Of a stretch of DNA of 51,103 nucleotides, positions 36,848 through 49,519 are shown piece by piece (position 1 is the first letter of the stretch; every line of letters starts with the position of its first letter). Under the pieces are notes generated by a model that had not been told where the DNA came from, ran no database searches, and saw nothing but the letters and a program-made list of their open reading frames with translations. The translations under genes and the position numbers were made by a program. The stretch is from Octopus sinensis (lineage: Eukaryota), in NCBI RefSeq assembly GCF_006345805.1, contig NW_021834167.1:1-51103 (forward strand), in the 5' to 3' direction.

Positions 36848-38495
36848 GACCAAATTTCCTATGCTAATACAATACCTGCCTGATGTAGAGCTAATATCAT
36901 CATATTCCTTTCTACACAATAGGCACAAAGCCTGAAATTTGGTGTGGGGTGGTGGTGGGGGGGTAGTTGATTACATCGACCCCAGTGCCTGACTGGTATT
37001 TATTTCATTGACCCTGAAAGGAAGAAAGGCAAAGTTGCCTTTTTGCATAATTTAGATGACAATTTTGTAGATATATCTTTGTGGGTGGGTGGGTGTCTTT
37101 GTGCCTGTGTTTCTATTACTATCACCACTTGACAACCAGTGTTGGTGTGTTTATTTCCCTGTAACTTAGCGGTTCAGCAAAATAGGCCTACAGAATAAGT
37201 ACCAGACTTATGAAAAAAACCAGTGCTGTAGTTGATTCATTTGACTAAAAAAGTTCTCTGAGGTAGTGCCCCAGCTTGGCTACAGTCTAATGATTGAAAT
37301 GAGGAAAAGATTAAAAAATATGAAAATGTAACCTATTCTCCCAAGTTGTTTTTTTTTAATGTCTTTTTATGGTGTAGTCATGAGGAAAGGGCCGTACTCT
37401 TATGGCTTCCAGGGGCTCGCCTTGACTGGTGATGTTGACATGGGTAATGTGTCTAGGACTACATTAGTAGGAGGTCATGTATCTTCCCCATTTTATGATG
37501 GATGTTATAATATGAAAGAAATTTGGTTGCTATTTCTAACATGTCAAGTGTCCATGTAAAGGATCCCTCATACCAAAGTAGTATTTCTCCTGAACACATC
37601 ATCCAATTAATTTAATAATCAATCACTTTATCAACTACATTTTTTTGTATTTCTTACAATTTAACATCACACATCTATTGAATTCTTCTTAATCTCCTGA
37701 CTCAGAGTGGGGCCAGTTGTCAAGTGATGGTGGAAGGACAAACACAGACACAAAAACACACGTACCTACAAAGATACACACACACATACACACACACACA
37801 CACACATACACACATACACACACACATATATCCACATCTTTGCTTGATGCCATGGACTTTCCAATGTCTTTTCCAGCCCGCTCAGCCTATTTATCAAAAA
37901 AGTTTGCTGTTAATCCAAGTCCAGCAGATGATGAATAAGAGTCATGCGAAATCTCACCTGGAGTAAATATGATCTCAATGTGATAACATTACACACACAC
38001 AGTTGTAGCAAGATGACAGAACCATTAGCATGCCAGACATACTTCATCTGTCTTTATGTTTTGAGTTCAAATCCTGCCACGGTCAACTTTGCCTTTCATC
38101 CTTTTGGGGTCAGTAAAATAAGTACCAGTTGAGCAATGGGGTTCATGTCACCAACTCAACCCTTCCCCTCAAATTGCTGGCCTTGTGCCCAAATTTGAAA
38201 CCAATACGATGATGGTGACTAAGGTGGCAAGCTGTCGGAATCATTAGCAGGCCAAGTGGTATTTTGCCTGTCTTAATATTCTGAGTTCAAATTCTCTCTG
38301 GGTCAGCTTTGCCCTTCTTCCTTTCAGGGTCAATGAAATGAATACCAGTCAAGCACTGGGGTCGATGTAATCAACTACCCCCACCACCACCACCACCACC
38401 CCCCACCAAATTTCAGGTGCCAATTGTGTAGAAAGGAATATGATAATATCAGCTCTACGTCAGGCAGGTATTGTATTAGCATAGGAAATTTGGTC
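36848..38495. repeat. ~190-bp inverted duplication (36848-37037 / 38304-38495) of a family C SINE 3' part plus its flank
   Basis: The outermost 36 nt are perfectly complementary; the rest differs by scattered substitutions and short indels. Confidence 0.92.
37075..37325 (+). mobile_element. SINE family B tail half (a head fragment lies at ~35935-36100)
   Basis: TTGACAACCAGTGTTGGTGTG...AACTTAGCGGTTCAGC...ATGATTGAAATGAG. Confidence 0.75.
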
Positions 38496-39839
38496 TTGTG
38501 AAATGTTAGTATTAGTTACATAAGTGAAATGTTAGTATTAGTTCTGCCTCATGCTTGTCAGTCTATCCAGGGCTAAAGTCATTTCTATTATTTCATCAGA
38601 ATAAGGTGGCCATTTTTCTGAGAGGAAGATGTGGGTAAAGTGTTTAGTGCAGGATTTATGAGTGAGATGTTATATAGATAGCAGCAGCAGCAGGGTTATC
38701 ATCACCATCATCATCAATATTTGATGTCCGTTTTCCATGCTGTTGTGGGTTGAACGATCGCTGAAGAACTACATCAGGCTCCAACTGTCTGTTTTGGCAT
38801 AGTTACTATGGCTGGATGTCCTTCCTAATGCCAGCCACTTTACAGAGGATACGCAGGCATATTAGAATGGAAGTGATAATCAACTTGAGAATTCAGACAA
38901 GAAGAGGCCATAAAAAAGCAATGGAAGAGACAGAGCGGAAGCATATTTGCAAAGCAAGGACTGTAAGTGGATGTTTGCAGATAATCTGGATAATCTTTTG
39001 ATAGATGTTTATGTATTTAGCTGCAACACTGCACCAGATGCGTGAGCAGTAACTCTTATGTAGACACATTTAGAAACTTGCTTCATCGAAACTAAAATAT
39101 TTTCTGAGCCGAAAACAGAATTTAGAGTTTAAAATAAAATATCCACAAAGTTGCTGTCACCTTGTCATTATGAAAGATCACCAGAGGATCTTCCATATGG
39201 GAAATTATGCATTATCATTCTTGTATATGAATACGATACATCAGATAATACTGTCCTACATAACCCCTGTTCCTCATACACACACACACACACTCAAAAA
39301 AAAAGAAACAGAGTGATCATGGCTAGAATATCTTTGTTCGCATATTTACTCAGTTAGTCTGACCTGGGGCCAAACAACAAGCAATTTGTAGGGATCAGCA
39401 TTTGCAATTAATGAGAATCTAAACTGTACTCTGTGTTGTTCCCATGTGTGTGTGTGTGTGTGTGTGTGTGTTGTCTAGTGTCGCAATGCTAATTTTTGCT
39501 AAGTGCAAGAAATGTGATTTGCTTCACTTTGAAAGAGACTGTGACACCATGTCACCAATGGAGAACTTTTTCCAAGGTTTTGTTCATAGGAACAGTTCAA
39601 GTGTGGTAAGAGCTGTCTGAACCATCCAGAGATTATATCTGCACAGAGGACATTAATGAGAAGTTGAAAGTAATATTGTATACTTAGGGGTGTGGTGTGC
39701 TTGGAAATAATTAGCAAATATTAGAATTAAAATGGATAAGTTTCGTGCAACCAAGAAACTGTTCACTCCATTAACTTCAAACAATAGACATTGTTTGAAT
39801 GTACTTTTGTGAATTGTACAGCTTGCAAATCTTCTTGGA

Positions 39840-40760
39840 GTTGTCATCACCATCCATAGTTCAATGTCTGTTTTCCATGTCATAATGGGTTGGGTAGTTC
39901 AATAAGAGCTGACAAGAAGTTCCATGGTCTCCACAGGTGGATGTCCTTTCTAACACCAACCATTTTTACTGTGTACTGGGTGCCTTTTTACATGACATCA
40001 GAAGCAGTGAAGGCACCAAGCAACTCATAAGACGAGGCCCTTCAACTGAAGTGGGAAATGCAATATTGAGGGAGGTGGCTTTACACTAGATGTTGAGAGT
40101 TTGAAGTACAACAGAGGAAGAGATGCCTTGCTGAAGAGGAGGCACAAAGTTACTCCAGTTGGAAGAGAAAGTGGATGGTGGTGAAGGTGTGTCAGGGTGA
40201 CCCTTCAAGTTACAGGAAGAGAAGTGGCATGGGTGGGAAGTGCATGTGAAAGGTGAGTGGCAGATGGATAGAGGGAAATGGAATGAGTGATGGACACAGA
40301 TGGAGGCATGGCTAATTGTGAATATCTGTTGGTAGGAGAAGCGGGGTTGGTGTGGGTCGGGGAGGTGATAGGGGGCAGCAAACATTACATGATGCGGGTG
40401 GGGAGGGGTGAGAGGTGCACAATGCAAGGGATGAGGTCAGAGGTACATGAGGGAAGAAATGGTCAGAGACAGACAGAGACAACAGAGCGGAGGGCAAAAT
40501 GAAGGACTGAACAGGAAAAGAGGAGTTAAAATAAAGAGAATACATGAGAAAAGAAGAAAATGGTTCCAAGAAGGGTGAGTGGTAGGGGATGAAATATGTG
40601 CAGTTCCGCTCATGAGGTTACAACAGTTGAGTGAGTAGTGCCATAGTCAGAAGAGTGATGAAGGGATGGATGTAAAGAAGATGAGTTATGGAAAAGATAG
40701 GTGTAAGGAAAATGGATTGTGATGGGAAGAGGTTTGTCAGTGATGGATTGGGTGTAGGAG
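39840..40760 (-). mobile_element. Old long-form family A copy with purine-rich extension
   Basis: Family A body at 39840-40010, then GATGCCTTGCTGAAGAGG (compare 23035 and the reverse of 50035), then G/A-rich sequence. Confidence 0.55.
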
Positions 40761-40799
40761 CACAGACACAAGGGCCTACTTTTTGCTTAGATGGACAGC

Positions 40800-41500
40800 A
40801 AAACCACTAATCATCTCAGTCTCTGTCATCTCAAATCATTCTTCACGACTTCATCTCAAGTATTAATTTTTCAGAATTCACCTGTTAAGCAAAATGGCTC
40901 TGATTAGTATTGAGGAGTAACTTCCTCAATCTGTTGGATGCAGTAGTTTCTACCTATAAAACTGTGGCACACTGTGTGGGGTAACTGCGAGTTTTGGGGT
41001 GAGCGGGGAAGAGCTTTAGCTACATGACAGATAAAGAAGAACATGAATAGTTGGTTGATGTAGTCAGTCACATGCCATCAAAGATAATCAGTATAGAATT
41101 GACATCGTTTCTACCAGTTGAATGACTTAAAATACCAGAATGTTGAAGGTTTGTTGTATAACAAAAAGCTGTGAAGTGGATTGCTCTCATTAGGCAGTGA
41201 TCAGGTGATTTAATTGAGGAAGAGAATGTGAAGGATGAGTAGATATTGGGTTTAAAGGTGAAAAATAGGTGAAGAATGTTTGGAATAACACCTTTATTAA
41301 TTAGTACTTCAAGACTAACTAATACATTTACCTCACAATGACAAAGAATTTGAACTTTGTGCCAGCAGTATTGAGGCACACACAGGAGGAGTTGCATGCC
41401 TCGAGTCACTAAAACTAATGATGAAAGAAACAAAGGAAATAGTTTGGATACATTTATTCAATATAAGATCAGAGAAGTGTGAAAAACCATTGGTGATAAT
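40800..41500 (-). mobile_element. Possible heavily decayed Penelope-like RT fragment
   Basis: Only weak, order-consistent resemblance of the ORF 41433-41068 translation to PLE RT C-terminal motifs; no intact YxDD. Confidence 0.25.
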
Positions 41501-42392
41501 ATGGGGGGTAAAGTGCATTAGAGGCAGATGGTCTTAGAGGACCCAGGGAAAGACATTTCAAATGAGAGTAGTTGAAAATGCTTTATTGTTAACAGCCAGG
41601 CAATAAAAGAGTGGATACTTGATATATGTGTAAAAAAAATATTTTCAGAGAAACGGTTGTAATAAACAATGTATTGTGGACATCAGAGAAGAGCCAGAGA
41701 TTAAAGAAGAGTGATTTTTGTCTCAGAAAGGAACAGTAAGTATCGCTTTTCTGTTAGGAGATTGTGTGAGCTTAGAGAGTATTGCTCAACATTGATTTCA
41801 AATTTTTCTATAAGATTGTTGCAATGAATTTTATAAAGTGTGCTTGTTACAGAAGAGAAAAGTAAAATTCATAAATTGTGAATAATAATTTTGTAGCCTT
41901 CCTCATAATCAGTCCTGCTAGAAGTCAATGGCTTGATCAAGCTTCTAAAAATCCAATGGAGCGGAACACAAGTCTCAAATAAGAACAGAGTAAAGGGTTG
42001 TGGATCAACTGACAAGGCAGACAACCAATATATTCTTCATAGCTTCAAAGCCCTAAATTATTTGACAGTGGACCTTCCACTTGGAAACCTTTCCCATCAC
42101 TATAACCTGATGATTAACAAAACGATTATTGAAGGAGGGGGCCCAGATGAGCAACAGTGCAAATGTCTTTCCTATCCTCAAAACATGTCTGGTTCAAATA
42201 TTTGAAACAAAACAAACTCCTCTACTAAAGACATCTGAAAAGAGGTGTTAAACCTCATGATGACTTAAGTCTACCATTACAGATTAATCAAAGAAGGAAC
42301 ATATGTTTATTATGGCATCAGTGCTAGAAAGGTTGTCTTAGAGAAGTTCCAGAATGGTCATTTATATTTTAAAATGGCCAAGCATTCTTTAA

Positions 42393-42564
42393 CCCTTTCG
42401 ATTACTCTGCCAAATGTCATGCTCAGCTTTGAGATTTCAATTTTGGGATTGTTTATTTTTAGAATGACATTACAGGGTAAGTGTAAGAGGCCTGATCTGG
42501 CCAGTTTGAAGATAAATCAGGTAGAATATTTTGGTCAGGTATGGTTGGTTTAAATGCTAAAGGG
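42393..42564 (-). mobile_element. piggyBac-type MITE
   Basis: TTAA|CCCTTT ... AAAGGG|TTTAA termini. Confidence 0.7.
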
Positions 42565-42970
42565 TTTAATGCCTTTATTGCAGTAACAGAAGCTACATCT
42601 CCCCTAATGAACTAACAAGAGTGATTAGGCATGATGTAGCTTCAACAAGCCAGCAAGGGATCCTCTATGTGGTCATTTGGCCTGCTAGAAACAGTGTACA
42701 AACCCCTTTAAATCAGATCCCACTATCTTGAAACAGAGTACACACTGGATAAAGTAATCTTAGATATATAAAATGACAGAATTAAATACTTTTAGTTATA
42801 GATCACAATCAGGGCTGCTGACCAAGGGTTAAACAATATCTCTTTTAAAGTTGTTCTTTATAAAACAGTAAAATACATGTTTGCAATATTGCCAAAAGAA
42901 TAATCAAAAACACACAAAAGAAATTATAACAACTAAAAAAACAAAAATCAAGATAAAGAGAAAGTGAACA

Positions 42971-43033
<63 letters not shown>

Positions 43034-43429
43034 TGTGTGTATGATTGTATTGATGTATATATTTAGTAAATGTCTCTATTTATTGGTCATAGTGAATTGA
43101 ATATATTTACTGATGTTGATAACGTGTTAGTGATGGTATAAAACATCTCATAATATAATAATTGTGTCTCTAGTAATGTTACAGTGATATTGATTGGGAA
43201 CTAGACTTAATTCATCATCCAGCATAACACCAAAGCATCAGCTGGTCCTTGGTGCCTTTAGTGAAGCACACTCTGTTGCAATGCATCCTAGCAGGGGCCC
43301 CACTCTGAATATAACCTCCCATAAATACATATGTATGTACGTATGTTACACAGCTGCATCCGCGTTACACGAGAAAAGCCATTGCCAAGAAGACTTACTG
43401 AAATGATTCTTCATTGTTGCCATGTGATG

Positions 43430-43735
43430 CCCTTTTAAGCCCGGCCAAGCTTTTACACATTTTATTACATACTGGACAACTGTGCTGGCTCCCATGCAGG
43501 TAGCATGTAACACCACCTTTTAAGCATGGTCATTGCCAGAACCACTTGACTGGCCCTCGCGCAAGTGGCACGTGAAATCACCACTACACTCTCGGAGGAA
43601 GGGCATCCAGCTGTAGAAACTTTGCCAGATCAAACTGAGCCTGGTGCAGCCTTCTGGTTTCCCAGACCTCAGTCAAACCATCCATCCCATGCCAGTATGG
43701 AAAGCAGACATTAAACGATGATGATGATGATGATG
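43430..43735 (+). mobile_element. SINE-like family A copy
   Basis: GAAGGGCATCCAGCTGTAGAAAC...GACATTAAACGATGATG. Confidence 0.8.
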
Positions 43736-44584
43736 AAAAGGGGTTTTACATTTGTCCCCAGATTTGTCTCTAGGATTATTTGCAGCATCCATACTCTCAA
43801 CAGTAAGAACCATTACCAAAGATGCAAAGGTAGAGAATCCAGAGCTTTTGTCTGTTACCTTCTTTTAACAGAAGGATTCAACCATACCGAATACCAGGTG
43901 ACCGAATAATGGATCGAAGATTTCTCTTGCATGTTAAACAAAATCTTAAAATGCCATTCGCATCAAGATATGATTTGCATGGAAGAATTTAGGTAACGAG
44001 GTAGAAGAAAGTTGGATCATGTGGGGGCGGGGGAGTGGGCTTTCATTTTCTCTCGTTGATCTAGGTAACATATAAACCTGCTTAATTTTGTCAGGCATGT
44101 TATTACCTTGGAATTTATTCGATAAATGTTATAAAAAAAAAAATATAGAAAACACTCATTAATAATCATTGAAATAAAATTGAACATTTAACAATAATTC
44201 ACCATTCAGGTTTTAATGCCACATGTTAAAGAGGAAGACAAAATCAATATCATTGTCCCAATTATAGTGACCACCCACCCACCCACCCCCATGTGTGTGT
44301 GTGTATACAGATAGATAGATAGATATAAATAAATATACATATAAATAAAAAATATATAGATAAATATATATATAATTAAATAAATATATATATATATTCA
44401 TATTCACTTGAACATTTACTCTCTCTCTCTCTCTCTCTCCTGTTCCTTATTGCCATTGTTAACTGTTTGTATTTCTTATATTTATTGAATTGTCCAACTT
44501 CATTTGTTTTGTTTGTTTTGTTTTTTTTAATTTTTTAATTCATAGAAATCATCAATATTCAATTAAATACATAAATTACATTTA

Positions 44585-45360
44585 TGGCTGAGTGGTTAAG
44601 AAATTTGCTTCCCAACTGAGTGGTTTCAGGTTCAGATCTCAGTTTGTGACACTTTATGCAAGTGTCTTCTACTAGAAGCGCCAAAGGGGACCAAACAAAG
44701 CCTTACAAGTGGAACTGGTAGAAGGGGACTGAAAGGAGATTGTTGTATACAGAGGGATCTGAGTGGATGGATCGGTGAATAGATAAATGGAAGGGTCGAC
44801 TGGCCCCTTATATATATATATATATATATTCCCACACTCTGGGATATTCTAGAGACAGCCGTAAGACTGAAAATTTTTCCAATAATAATAATAATAATGT
44901 ATCTTGAGATGTTTGCCTTGCCTTAACGTTTGTTATCTTCTTTAAGAGCACCATCCGAGCATGATCATTGCCGGAGCAGCTAACTGGCTTCCGTGCTGGT
45001 GGCACGTAAAAAGCACCATTTGGCATGATTGTTACCATTGTCACCTTAATGGCACATGAAAAAACATTTAAGCAAGGTTGTTGCCAGTGGATTGGCTCCT
45101 GTGCAGGTGGCACATAAAAAGCACCATTTGAGTGTAGCCGTTGCCAGTACCGCCAGACTGGCTCTCGTGCTGGTGGCACATAAAAGCACCCACTACACTC
45201 TCGAAGTGGTTGGCATTAGGAAGGGCATCCAGCTGTAGAAACACTGCCAGATCAGATTGGAGTCTGGTGCAGCCTTCTGGTTCACCAGTCCTTAGTCAAA
45301 TCGTCCAATCCATGCTAGCATGGAAAGCAGACGTTAAACAATGATGATGATGATGATGAT
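44585..45360 (+). mobile_element. SINE family B head (44585-44745) and a family A copy with about four internal modules (44945-45360)
   Basis: TGGCTGAGTGGTTAAG head; repeated GGTGGCAC(A/G)TAAAAAGCACC modules and (GAT)n tail. Confidence 0.8.
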
Positions 45361-45451
45361 ATATATATGTATGTCTGTGTCTGTGTGTCATAAATATATA
45401 TATATATATATATATAATATATATATATATTTATAATATATATATATATAA

Positions 45452-45483
<32 letters not shown>

Positions 45484-45507
45484 TAATATATATATATATA
45501 ACATAAA

Positions 45508-46088
45508 AATATCAGTTGCTAAGGTCGTCTCTACAGACTTTCTATAGAAATTATAACCAACACTGATTGTTATGACGTTATACATCCAACATGTCAGATG
45601 TAAACAAGAAGATCAAAGACAGGCAAATAGGTAATGGGTGTTTATATGACACAGTAGAACACAGTATTATTGATTTATAAAATCGTTTAATATGCTTTGT
45701 AGCATATCATGGTTGTGTAACGAAATACAGTGTCCCAATAAGTCATTAATATTTACGTATCAGCTTTGAGGAGTGTGTTTATTGTGTAAATTGGTGAATC
45801 CAACAATATCAAACAGTCATATGTAGCGGCTGTTTAAGCACTGTGAGGTGTATATATAGTGGCTATCTCTCATATGTATATGAGTGATGTATATGTAGTG
45901 GCTATTTAAGCAATGATGATTGATGGAGGAGCAAAAACTCCCAATATATGCCACATATGCCCATTACCCATTTTTTCATCTCCAATCTCGCAGTTTATAT
46001 CAGGCATCTTGGATATGAAATGTAATAAAATCATTGCTGACTACAATTTGTATAGAAATTCTATAGAGATAACCGTAACAAGTGATTT
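45508..46088. repeat. Old ~130-bp inverted repeat (45508-45638 / 45960-46088), MITE-like
   Basis: The arms align colinearly at roughly 70-75% identity by eye. Confidence 0.7.
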
Positions 46089-46977
46089 AATAGCACTGCT
46101 AACACAGAAGAACACAGTTCTGAATTATAAAATATACTTTGTAGTATATTATGATTGCAAAAATAAAATACAATGTCCCTACAAGTCATTAATATAATTA
46201 AATATATATAAGGAAAATAAGACAAGGTAGAAAATGTGAAAATAATTTTATCATGGAGAATATTTTAGTACTGGTTTCAGTCTTTGTGACTTTTTCAACT
46301 TAGAGTAAAGAATGAAAAACAATTAAATTGTGGAAAAATTTAATGAAATGTTTTTTGAAAACATTTTCATAGTTTTCAAATGCAAGGGACATTTTCCTTT
46401 TTACAGTCTGTCTCTGTCTCACTTTTTTACTCTATTTTACTCTACACACACACACACACACACGTGTTTATCAATTCATTTTGCAAGATTCCTCAGTTGA
46501 AAGAATTTTTAGTCTTGCAGGTTGCATGGTAACCTTGCTACTGATGTTGCCGCATACAAAGCATCCAGTACTCATAGTAAAGTGGTTGGTTTTTGGAAGA
46601 GCAGAGTTGGAGAGATGCATTATGATATATGGAGCATATTTAGGCTGACAAAACCCATCCCTCTCCAGATCTGATCATAGCTATTTCTTCCAGAAAGTGA
46701 AACAGACAGAAAAGGCAGAATTAATCACGTTATAGGACAGGTCCTTTATTTATCAACCCAAAACGATAAAAAAAAAATCAAACTTGACCTCATTAACAGT
46801 TGAACTCAAACCCCAAGGAGCTGGCACAAATACCACAAGGCAATTTATCCAACTCAGCTTTATAAATGTGTGTATGTGTGTGTGTATGTGTGTGTGTATG
46901 TGTGTGTATATGTGTGTGCGCACGTGTGTGCGCACATGTGTGCGCACGCGTGTGTGTGTGCGTGCACATGTGTGTGT

Positions 46978-49515
46978 GTGTTCCTGTTGCTGGCAACTTC
47001 AATGGTCATGTTGGGCAACACTCCAATGGAAGGTTTTGGCTTTGGCACTAGGAATGATGAGAGAATGAGGCTCTGGAGTTCTGTGATGCAAATTACTTTC
47101 TGGGCTGCAACACTAACTTCAGGGAACCAGACAGCCATTTAATCACTTATTGGTCTGGTGGGCACCCAAGCCAGATTGACTACATTCTCACCAGAAACAG
47201 CAAAAGACAGATGTTTGTAAATGTAAAGTCCTTTCCCAGTGAGGAATGGATGACTCAACATAAGTTAGTGGTTAGTGACTTTAGACTTAGGGCTAGAAGG
47301 ACCTGGAGACATAAACCAGTTTGAAAAAGGAAATTATGGAAGCTCAAAGATCCATCAAACAGTATTTGATTAGAAAGGGGAGGAGGTAGCAATGTATAAT
47401 GTAGAGGAGTCTGGAAGTTCTTAAGAACAATCTTCTGAAGGCTGCAGACCAAATCTCTAGAGCTAGGACAAAGTATCTGCCAGATGGAGAGTGACATGGT
47501 GGTGGAACAGTGAGGGAGAGAAGGCCATAAAAGTGGAGAGACAAGCTTGGAAAGATTGGAGAAATGGAGGCAGCAAAGAGCCATATCAGGTAGCCATGAG
47601 GGAAGCTAGGCAACAGGTTTAGCTAACGAGGGCAGAAACAGAAAGGAAGAGGTTTGCCAGCGTCTTAGAGCAAGAAGATTAGAAACTTGAGATGTTCTGG
47701 ATTGCTAGAAAATTGAGATGTTGTGGGAGAGAAGTGTGTGTGGATGGATAATGGTATGTTTGACTCTGAAAAGAAAGAGGCATGGAAGTGCTACTGTGAA
47801 AGACTATTAAAAGCAGAGAATGAATGGGAGAAAAGGAGGGACCAGCTATTTAAGTTGACAATATGATAGATAAGGCAATCAAGGATATGCAGGGAGGAAA
47901 AGCCCCAGTCTATTGGGAATTACTGCTAAGATGCTTAAAATATCTGGCAAGGTAGGTCACATTTAGTTAATCGGCTTATTTAAGAAAGTATCATCTCTAA
48001 TGACTGGTGTAGCAGCATTATAGTCAGCTGGTACAAGGATAAGGGAGATGTGTGAGTCAGAAGTAATTACAGAGACATTAAGTTGCTGGACCAGGTCATG
48101 AAAGTTACAGAAAGAATTATGCCTCAATTAATCAGGAACAGAATCAGATCAAATGAAATGCAGTTTGGCTTTGTGTCGGAGAGAAGTACCACTGATATTA
48201 TGTTTATAGTCAGACAATTTCAGGAGAAGTATTTGGCTAAGAATAACCCACTATACTTGGCATTTGTTGACTTGGAGAAAGCCTTCAACAGAGTACCACA
48301 CAGTCTGATATGGTGGGCTCTGAGGAAGCTAGGGGTAGACAAATAGCTTGTGAAGGCTGTGCAGGCCATGTACAGAGGTTCTTTCAGTAAGGTGAGAATT
48401 AACCATGAGTACAAAGGTGAATTTAGTGTACTGGTAGGCATTCATCACGGATTGGTTCCTCGTCTCCTCCTAATCACCATTGTCCTCAAGGCCATAACAG
48501 AGGAATTCATGGCCAGCTGCCCCTGTGAACTGCTATATGCTGATGATCCTGCTCTCACAGATGATTCTATATCAGAACTAGAAAAGAAATTCCAGGCATG
48601 GAAGCAAAACCTTCTATTGATGGGCCTTAAAGTTAATTTATTGAAGACCAAGGTTCTGGTAAGCAAAAAAAAAAAACACAGATAGGACCCTACATTCTTC
48701 AGGTAAATGATTTTGTTTGATATGCAGGAAAGGTGTAGGCAGGAATTCCATATGATGTATCCAGTGCATGCAATGGACACACAAGAGGTACTGTGTAATA
48801 ATAGGAAGGTTAGCAGAGAAAGTAGTGTTTGTATGTGGAAGATGCACAGGAGCCATAAAGTCTACAGATACATAGGAAATTGATGTACTTAAATGCCCTA
48901 GAGGCTCTCTAGAGGTAGTGGACAATTTCTGCTACCTGGGGAACCTAATTAGCTGCAGAGGAGGATGTACAGAAAGCATAATTGCTAGAATAAGAATAGA
49001 TTAGAAACTTCAGAGGTTTTACTTGTTGGCAACCAAAGATCTCTCCTTCCAAATAAAAGGAAGTTTGTATGAGGCATGTGTATGAACTGTAATGCTGAAT
49101 GGTAGTGAGACATGGGTCCCGAATGCAGAGGACAAGGAAAGGCTAGAGAGAAACGAGGCTAGTATGCTCTGCTGGGTGTGTAATGTCAGTGTACGTGTGT
49201 GACAGAGTGCTGGTGTATTGAGAGAGAGGTTAGGCCTAAGAGGAATTAGATGCAGTGTGCAAAAGAGAAGACTGTGCTAGTTTGGTCATGTGATGTGGAT
49301 GGATGGGGACAGTTGCATAAAGAAGTGCTGATCATTTAAAGAGGGTGGAAGTTGTGGAAGAAGGAGACCCAGGAAGACACGGGACAAAGTTTTGAAGGCT
49401 GGTCTCAAGATGCTGAGTCTTACAAATGAGATGATAAAAGATGGAGGTGTCTGGTGCCTTACTGTTGTACTCAAGAAGATCCGTCCATCACAGCAGAGTT
49501 GATATCCTAAAACAA
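46978..49515 (+). mobile_element. 5'-truncated, decayed RTE-like LINE (APE end, RT, C-terminal Cys/His finger)
   Basis: AGNFNGHVG..GFGFGTRNDE; EMQFGFVSERSTTD..YLAFVDLEKAFNRVP; ELLYADD; ICRKGVGRNSI*CIQC..WTHKR...FVCGRC; GRRRPRKTR. Multiple stops and deletions. Confidence 0.93.
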
Positions 49516-49519
49516 TGTT

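Noticed and set aside
39499-39717. ORF segment QYYFQLLINVLC...RQLLP resembling HHAT EYYLLQF...QQLP
   Set aside because: It lacks the conserved FYYP...GP motif that should follow, so the similarity is probably chance.
43860-44040. CpG-enriched patch with a GGGGCGGGG box as a promoter
   Set aside because: A single GC box with no linked exon or TSS evidence cannot support a promoter call.
8780-47142. Numerous His/Thr/Tyr/Ile-rich or Cys/Val/Tyr/Met-rich ORFs in the track
   Set aside because: They are translations of (CA)n, (TA)n and (CATA)n microsatellites.
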